DNA of 64,000 bases from Octopus vulgaris (lineage: Eukaryota): contig OX597814.1 in NCBI GenBank assembly GCA_951406725.2, forward strand, positions 176,018,001-176,082,000, written 5' to 3'. Of this stretch, positions 55,213 to 64,000 are shown piece by piece. The position numbers were made by a program, and so were the translations under genes. Position 1 is the stretch's first letter; every line of letters starts with the position of its first letter. The notes below the pieces were generated by a model. It had not been told where the DNA came from, did no database searches, and saw only the letters and a list, made by a program, of their open reading frames with translations.

Positions 55213-55402
55213 AACTATAACATAAATATAAGAATGAAAAGCTAACGGGTATGTTTAAAAATTTAAAAATGGTAACAGGTCGAGATAGTATATAATAAAC
55301 AGGGCCACGTGTGTATAGTAGAATATAACGTAACAGGTGGACTAGCAGAAAAAAACCATAGAGAGTTATACATACACATGTTAATATTGAAAAACGAAAA
55401 AA

Positions 55403-55455
<53 letters not shown>

Positions 55456-55572
55456 TATATATATATATACTATATACACACGTGGCAATGTTTATTATAC
55501 ACTGTCTCGACCTGTTACCAATTTTTAAAAACACACCCGTTAGCTTTTCATTCTTATTTTTATGTTATAGTT
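55213..55572. repeat. Imperfect inverted repeat with ~105-bp arms (foldback/MITE-like) around a spacer containing (TA)n
   Basis: 55213-55320 (AACTATAACATAAA...AAGAATGAAAAGCTAACGGGT...GGTAACAGGTCGAGA...GCCACGTGTGTATA) is the reverse complement of 55468-55572. Confidence 0.8.
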
Positions 55573-57648
55573 AACCGCACATATAGACGTGCATACACAT
55601 TGATATGTCTGTCTTTTTTCCCTTTCATCTCTCTTACTATTATTATTACTGTTATTTTTTCCCCTTTTTACAGCTTGCTTGTAAATATTCGATTTTTTTC
55701 CCTATTACCCCACTTGTATTCTCCCTTATTGTATCTTATTTTAATTTACTTCATTTTATTAAACCTTTTTTGATGTCCTTACAAAAATTCTTCACACATG
55801 AAAATGACAATCCATAAATTTAATTATAATTACTTCGGTTATAATTTTTTCTTGCATATTTGTATTGTCCTTTGAAACGCGCGTTTGTATTGAATCCTAT
55901 TTTGTATTAAATCTAATTTTGCTTCAACATCTTTTTCTCCTCCATTTTTCTATAATTGCTTATAGTACTTTTATACCTATAACGATATTTTTCAACTACT
56001 ATTTTCATATTCTTATTACTTGCCCTGGCTGTTTTTTTTTTTTATGAATATGATGAATCTTTATTAGAAAACATTCTTTCTCTCTCTTTGGACCTCTCAA
56101 AAAGTTTAAATTGTTCTCTTTTGAACTTATTTTTTCACTGAGTCAGTGGTTAGAGGGTCGGGCTCACAATCATGAGGTAGTGAGTTCGATTCCAAGACCG
56201 AGCTGTTTGTTGTGTTCTTGAGCAAGACACTTTATTTCACGTTGCTCCAACCCACTCATCTTTAGAAATAAACTGCGACGTCACTGCTGCCAAGCTGTAT
56301 CGGCCTTTGCCTTTTATCAATGGCGTAGAGAGGGAAGTCTGGTATGCATGGGCGACCGCTGGTCTTCCGTAAACAACCTTGTTTCGATTGTGCCTCGAAG
56401 GGGAGCTTTCTAGAAGCAATCCCATGGTCATTCATGACCGAAAGGGGTCTAAAAAAGCCTACTTATTTAGATATCTATACCTATCTTATTTCTTTATTGC
56501 GCACAAGGGGCTAAACATAGTGGGGACAAACAAGGACAGACAAAGGGAGTAAGTCGATTACATCGACCCCAGTGCGTAGCTGGTACTTAATTTATCGACT
56601 CCGGAAGGATGAAAGGCACAGTAGACCTCGGCGGAATCTGAGCTCAGAACGTAGCGGCAGATGAAATACCTACTTCTTTATTATCCACAGGGGGCTAAAC
56701 ATAGAGGGGACAAACAAGGACAGACAAAGGGATTAAGTCGATTACATCGACCCCAGTGCGTAACTGTTAATTAATTTATCGACCCCGAAAGAATGAAAGG
56801 CAAAGTCTACCTCGGCGGAATTTGAACTCAGAAGGTAGCGGCAGACGAAATACCGCCAAGCATTTCGCCCGGCGTGGTAACGATTCTGCCAGCTCGTGTG
56901 TGCGTATATATATGTATGTGTGTATAAATATATATGTGTGTATGTGTTCATATATACAGCAACTGAGGACATATTCATAAGCTTTCAGGCCACTCCTTCA
57001 TCAAGGTACTGCTGGTATATGTAGAATATCTAATGATTTTAAGTAACATAATCGTTGCTTACCTAAGAAAATGCAAAGAAAACAAAAAGAGTTAAAGGTG
57101 TATATAACAGAATGAGGGAAAAATTAATTTTTCAAGAGACTTTACCATTAACAGTTTTGTGGCTCTATTAAGTACTTTGTCGTGTTACCCAAGATTGGCT
57201 TATTATATTGGTTGCGTTGTTATTGTTGTTAGTCACAATATTTCGATTACATACGTGTTGATACAAATGCTAAAACTTTGCCTTGTCTTGCTTTTCTCTG
57301 CCTCGCCTTTACCTTGTCTTGTTTAAGTTCTGCCTGTCGAGACGTCTTGAGAAAAATCTATAACCATTCCTACATATCTTGTAGCTTTTATGCAACTGTT
57401 TGCTCGTTCTTTTTCTCAAGTACATAGACGCACACACATACGCACGCACGCTCACAAATATGCTTACGTACTCGACTATAATAAATTCCTCTACATGCAT
57501 ACATACATATGTGCAAACTTCCATCCATACGTGCATAAAGAGATATACAAACATACACACATACATGCATACATACATTCTTTTATTTAGTTATAAATAC
57601 ATTTAACCCAGCTATTTGGCCATCAGTAAATCTAAAGTTGACATGAAT

Positions 57649-57699
<51 letters not shown>

Positions 57700-57789
57700 A
57701 TAGTAATAATAATAATAAATCCAACTTGTCTCTTGAGGTCTCTGGGTGAGACTTGGAGTCAACTTGTACAAATGTAAAGTAAAAGTCAA

Positions 57790-57841
<52 letters not shown>

Positions 57842-58407
57842 CATTACATGTAATACAAATGCAAATAATATTAATTATAGAAACAATAGCAGAAAACAAC
57901 TGAAACGTAATAATGGATCGATTTGACATGATTCCACTAAGTGCACCCAATAAGAATTAATGTTTAGAAAACTAACATTTTGTAGCTCAACTGCAGAACA
58001 AAACAGAAATCACACCCAAACATAGATCAGGGAGTACATTAGTCGCGAAAAAGCAAGTTTATTTCAGTGTACTTGTGTATGTAGATTATGTATGTTTATA
58101 TAGCTGTAGTTATGCAAACAAACAAAGAAACAAATAAAAAAAAAAGCACAAAGTATGAGTGTATATATGTTTTGCTTGTTATTAATTGGTAGAAATTACT
58201 GAGTGACTCAAAATTTGAGAGTTTCGTACATTGACAGTTATGTTTGTTGGATGCCGGTGCACGAAACTCTCGACCCTTGAGTTACTTCACAACTTCTGCC
58301 GATTAGTTATCCTTTCTGCTATATTCGTAAGGCCTGAAAATTTGCTCAGCTGGTACTTATTTCATCAGCTAACCACTTTTTCTCCGTCTTGCATTTTTTC
58401 TTTTCTA

Positions 58408-58444
58408 TCTTTCTGATGAAGGTCTTGCATCCGAAAGGTCAAGA
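58408..58444 (+). ncRNA. Minimal hammerhead-like motif, degenerate, same family as the 7941 copy
   Basis: UCUUU-CUGAUGA-A-GG-ucuugcau-CC-GAAA-GG-UC-AAGA. Flanks resemble those of the 7941 copy (GCTAACCACT vs GCTAGCCACT upstream; AAGCATTAACTTAATACA vs AAGCGTTATACTAATACA downstream). Confidence 0.5.
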
Positions 58445-59671
58445 CTCTTTCGCTTCGTTTTTAAGCATTAACTTAATACAATACAAAATTTTTTAGAACT
58501 TGTCCTTCCCTTTTTGCGCTCGTTGCTTTTTTCACACACATACACATACACACACGTGTATGTACGTATGTGCATATATATATATATATATATATATACA
58601 CATGTTGGCACTCCGTCGCTTACGACGACGAGGGTTCCAGTTGATCCGATCCACAGAACAGCCTGCTCGTGAAATTAACGTGCAAGTGGCTGAGCACTCC
58701 ACAGACACGTGCATCCTTAACCTAGTTCTCGGGGAGATTCAGCGTGACACAGAGTGTGACAAGGCTGGCCCTTTGAATTACAGGCACAACAGAAACATGA
58801 AGAGTGAGAGAAAGTTGTGGTGAAAGATTACAGCAGGGTTCGCCATCACCCTGCCAAGGCCTCGTGGACCTTTAGGGCTTTTCGCTCAATAAACACTCCC
58901 AACGCCCGGTCTGGGAATCGAAACTGCGAACCTATGACCGCGAGTCCGCTGTCCTAACCACTGAGCCATTGCGCCTCCACTATATATACATATATGTGTG
59001 TGTGTGTGTGTGTGTTTGTGTTTGTGTGTTTTGCTTATGTGTATGTGCGTGTGTTTTGCGAGTGCGGTTGTGTATATGTATGTGCGTGCGTATTGGAGTT
59101 GTAATTGATTAGCAAACGCTTTGATATTACGTTTGTTGAAATTCAGAGACAACATAAACGAACCCGCTTCTTTCTCTTCTTGATATCGATGAACGCATCG
59201 TATCCGTATCCACTTCGTATATTTTCTTTACGAGACAAAATTTTCGGATCTTTTCTGCAACCTGTTGAGACGTAATTCTACAACAGTGACCAGCGGATCA
59301 CTGAAAGAATTCCAATTTCAGTGTAATCCTGTTCTTAAACGGCAGCTCACAGAAGTTAGACGAAAATATTGATACAATCTAGAAAATAAACAAAAGCAGA
59401 TTATATTAGTAATTGTGTGATTTGAAATGCTCTCAAGAATGGCTCATCATGATATAATCGTTCTGTGTATGTGCGATGGTTCTTACGCATAATTACAACC
59501 TAATGGCAGGAACCATTTACAAAGACAGGATAAATCCGCCACTCCATCGCTAATGTTCATTTTAACGGCGCTCGAAAGATAACAGATAGAATATTGATCA
59601 AAACCAGGATTTGAACTCAAAATGTTAACTATACTAAACATATGGACACTCTACCGTTTGTACTACTCCGC

Positions 59672-59851
59672 AGATATTGCAAGTTTTGTGAATATATATA
59701 AATATATGTGTGTGTGCCTATGTATGTATGTATGTATGTATGTATGTATGTATGTATGTATGTATGTATGCATGTATGTATGTATGTATGTATGTTTGTA
59801 TGTATGTATGTATGTATGTATTATGTATGTATGTATGTATACACATATATG

Positions 59852-59898
<47 letters not shown>

Positions 59899-59958
59899 TC
59901 ACAATTGATAAAAATTTAGGGCTGAATATCTGAATATCTGATATTGCAAGTTTTGTGA

Positions 59959-60055
<97 letters not shown>

Positions 60056-60251
60056 CGTGTGTGTGTGCCTATGTATATATGTATGTATGTATGCATGTAT
60101 GTATGTATGTATGCATGTATGCATGTATGTATGTATGTATGCATGTATGTATGTATGTATGCATGTGTATGTATGTATACACATATGGTTTTATATATAT
60201 ATATATATATAAACCATATATGTGTATACATACATAAACATGCATACATAA

Positions 60252-60307
<56 letters not shown>

Positions 60308-60347
60308 TCACAACCGTTGATAAAAATTTAGGGCTGAATATCTGAAT
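59672..60347 (+). repeat. Tandem duplication enclosing compound microsatellites
   Basis: GATATTGCAAGTTTTGTGAATATATATAAAT at ~59672 and ~59940; TTGATAAAAATTTAGGGCTGAATATCTGAAT at ~59905 and ~60317. Confidence 0.8.
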
Positions 60348-61203
60348 TTAGCGAAAGAGATGTCAGTCAAGTGGAATTCTTTGAACTCATCCGTAATTAC
60401 ACTCAACCTCATTCGGCGAATAGTTAGATTTTCCTCCTTCGGCAATCTGGCCGACCTCTATATGTGGTTGCTTCATACAAATCATCACATTGTGTTGGTT
60501 CGCCCAAGAGCAAGGAAAAGTAATTGTAATCACTACATAACAGTGTTCTGCAGCTAAATTATGTATATTCAATTATATTTTACACTAGGTGTGTTAGCAT
60601 TAGCAATTTAATGAATGGCTGCTGTACGAAGCTAAATAGAAATACGCGGTGAGAAAAAATATTAGTCAAAGTATAATAGTATTTCCTGTTCTTTCTAGTG
60701 AGCACGGGAAACAACTCCATATATATTTTCATCTTATTCTGAACTCATCAGCAAAACATAACTGTGCCTGAGTAAAGGCAAAAAAAATTTTGTGATCAGA
60801 ATAAATCGGAGGCCTATGTGTAATTTTCTGCAGTACTTATTTATTTACTTCAGTTATTAGACTGCGGCCATGCTGATGCAGCCGTAAAATGAAAATAATG
60901 TTAGTCGTTGACAAACATTTATTTTTACCTTAATACATATTTATATCGAGTTGAACGTTAACACTAGCTTAGCTATTGTTTTCCAGTGGATAGTGTCTCT
61001 GAATTATTTATTTTGATATTGTTTGACATCCATTTCTAACCACGGAAAAGTCTTGTAATTAACCAGAAGATTACACTCCATAGTGAAAAGCAACGACGGA
61101 AGAGACATAGATTATTGAACAACATGTATAGAGAATTAATGGATGTTTCACTACAGCACATAGTATTTTTTTCTATCATTTAGCTTGCCTGCCTCTCTCT
61201 CCC

Positions 61204-61247
<44 letters not shown>

Positions 61248-61260
61248 TTTCCCTGTCTGC

Positions 61261-61291
<31 letters not shown>

Positions 61292-61296
61292 CATAC

Positions 61297-61327
<31 letters not shown>

Positions 61328-61403
61328 CATATGCATATATACATACACATATATATGTATATATATATATACATATGCATATATATATATATATATATAT
61401 GTA

Positions 61404-61468
<65 letters not shown>

Positions 61469-62034
61469 GTATAAATTTATATACATACACATGTCTGCGT
61501 TTAGGTATTCATGAAAGAAACTAAATCAACAAGTCTTCTTTGCAAGATGATGTATTGACGTCTTGTTGGAAGGATCTGTTGGTTAACGAAAGGGCTTGAA
61601 TACAAGTAAGGAAATACAAAGTGTACAGTCGACAAAGAACTACACAGTGGCGTCATCTCGGTATGAAGGAAGGCATTTGAGAGCGGTAACGATCAGTCGC
61701 GTGCATCTGTTTATTGCATAAATATATGTATGCTAGAAGAGAAATGGCAGAAAGCTGAGATATATCAATGCTGAAAAAGTGATGGTTAGAAAGAGATCAC
61801 TTTAGACATGTATTGATTCCTAGACACTTGTCAAGAAACGTCCAGCCGATTCCATTAGTTAGTGATAGAAAAGACACACACAAAAAAAATCAGTCTTGTT
61901 TGGTAAATGTTTCTCCAAACGAAAACGGTAAAAACCTTTTGTGGCACTTCGGGTAAATGTTTTCTACTATAGCCTCGGGCCGACCAAAGCCTTGTGAATG
62001 GATTTGATAGACGGAAACTGAAAGAAGCCCGCCG

Positions 62035-62087
<53 letters not shown>

Positions 62088-62771
62088 GTGTGTGCGTGTG
62101 TATGTATATGTTTATGTGTCTGTGTTTGTCCCCCCAACATCGCTTGACAACCGATGCTGGTGTGTTTACGTCCCCGGCACTTTGCTGTTCGGCAAGAGAT
62201 TCCGATTGAATAAGTACTAGGCTTACAAAGAATAAGTCCTGGGGTCGATTTGCTCGACTAAATGCGGTGTTCCAGCAAGGCCGCAGTCAAATGACTGAAT
62301 CAAATAAAAGAATAAAAGAATCTCAAAAGGAACGATTAAGTTGTCGCTAAGGTTCTGAAAGACAAGAAACCTTACAATATTTCTACCGACTCTTTACGTT
62401 CTGAATTCAAATCTTGCATTATGTTTCAGCCTAAAATAAAGCGGTAGTGAACTACTGGATTTGGTGTACTCGACAAGATCTTTCTTCTCAAAACTATTAG
62501 TCTTGTGTCTAAATAGGAAACATTATTAGACTGCTAGCTGGCAATATCGTTAGCACGGTGGGAAAACTACTTTGCAGCATTTCTTACGACTTTACGTTCT
62601 GAGTTCAAATTTCGTCGAGGTTGACTTTACCTTTCATTTTTTTCGTAGTCGACGGAATAAGTACCAGTTGAGCACTGGGGTGGGAGGCTGCGATCAATGT
62701 AATAGATTTTTCTCTTCCATCAAAATGTCAGGCTTCGTGTCTATAGCAGAATGAACAACTTCTTCTTCTTC

Positions 62772-62806
<35 letters not shown>

Positions 62807-62821
62807 GTTATTATTATTATT

Positions 62822-62858
<37 letters not shown>

Positions 62859-62870
62859 TTGTTGTTGTTG

Positions 62871-62913
<43 letters not shown>

Positions 62914-63104
62914 GATTGAGAGAGTAGTGCATACCATCAAAGTGACCCTGGGGTAACATATACGAAGCCCAGTATACCCATCATGATTTCCTTTCTGATA
63001 AGGGTACACCAGGTACATGCATCACAAACATATGTGCGCGACCCCACTAAGGGTCATGCTCAACTGGTTAAGGTCAAACAACTGACAAGCATTTATTATT
63101 ATTT

Positions 63105-63480
63105 TTTTTATGTTTGACTTTTGCTTTACATTTGTACAAGTTGACTCCAAGTCTCACCCAGAGACCTCAAGAGACAAGCTGAAAGTTCATGTTGGTGTTA
63201 TGCCTAGGGTGCCATATATTTGGTTTTGTACATAGTGTTGTTCTAGAGAATGTTTAAGAAATCATAAGAAAATTATGTTTCTTTTAAAACTTGAGATTAC
63301 ATAGAAAGTATTTTGCGTAGGATATGAGCTGTTCCAAGGAGCACTATCTTTTGAATATCTGCCATTTTGGGGTTTCCTGGTTATCTGAGCTAGGTAGCAA
63401 TCAGCCCCTTACGCTATCATTCTCAGGGCACCTATGACAACAGGTATTGTTTTAGTCTTCAGGTTCCACATTTTGCTATT
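63105..63480 (-). mobile_element. R4/Dong-clade non-LTR element 3' fragment within an (ATT)n tract
   Basis: Minus strand: SKMWNLKTKTIPVVIGAL...IQKIVLLGTAHILRKILSM*, then a 3'UTR with CTTGAGGTCTCTGGGTGAGACTTGGAG; flanked by TAA repeats. Confidence 0.78.
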
Positions 63481-63488
63481 ATTATTAA

Positions 63489-63555
<67 letters not shown>

Positions 63556-64000
63556 AAAAGGTGGACTTTTATGATGACGGCGGCAGCGGTGGCTATGACG
63601 ACGATGCTACTGCTGCTGCTGATGATGATGATGATAATGATGATTTAACCGATGACAGTTGTGTTGCCTCGATACGATTTCCAAATATTATTCCATTTTT
63701 GCTTTATTATGTTTGTTCTGTGGCGAGTTTCGTGTTTATGGTTTTAGTTGTGTTATCTTATTTTCTTTTTACTTCTCTCGCATTTTGTGTGCGATTTATT
63801 CTGCGTGAAGCACTGTGTATGTATTTATGTGTGTGTGTATTTATGTGTGTGTGTGTGTGTGTGTATGTATGTGTGTGTGTGTATGTAACAGTGAGTTTGT
63901 GTATGAGTGCATGCATGTGTTTATCGCATGGCCGACATACATACATTCATGTGTGCGTGTGTATACATGTGTGTTTGTGTGTTTGTCCACGTAAGTCTGT

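Noticed and set aside
60714-60757. Possible hammerhead on the minus strand (CUGAUGA-GUUC...GAU-GAAA-AUAUA-UA)
   Set aside because: Stem II barely closes and stem I is mostly G-U pairs; could be chance in AT-rich DNA.

Overview
AT-rich, microsatellite-saturated, apparently gene-free eukaryotic DNA. The repeat content (tRNA-derived and CORE-type SINEs, CR1-group, RTE and R4/Dong LINE fragments, non-autonomous Helitrons, mariner remnants) suggests an octopus/cephalopod intergenic or intronic region; the host assignment is inferred. I found no convincing host exon, and almost all ORF-track entries are microsatellite or repeat artefacts. The main result is a 6.07-kb block (38742-44807) lying between two (TA)n tracts. 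It consists of about 11.3 near-identical 534-bp units in two oppositely oriented arms that meet at 41222/41223. Each unit carries a type I hammerhead ribozyme motif (12 copies: stem I UUUUGG/CCAAAA, core CYGAAGA, stem II GCUA/UAGC, GAAA, palindromic mini stem III ACAAUUGU, GUC cleavage site). This is the signature of a Penelope-associated retrozyme that would yield 534-nt self-cleaving, possibly circular, RNAs. Four to five further solo minimal hammerhead motifs lie elsewhere, most in small inserts between microsatellites. A 5S rRNA pseudogene and a LINE/SINE pair with a shared 3' tail are also present. All calls were made by eye; SINE and LINE boundaries are approximate.
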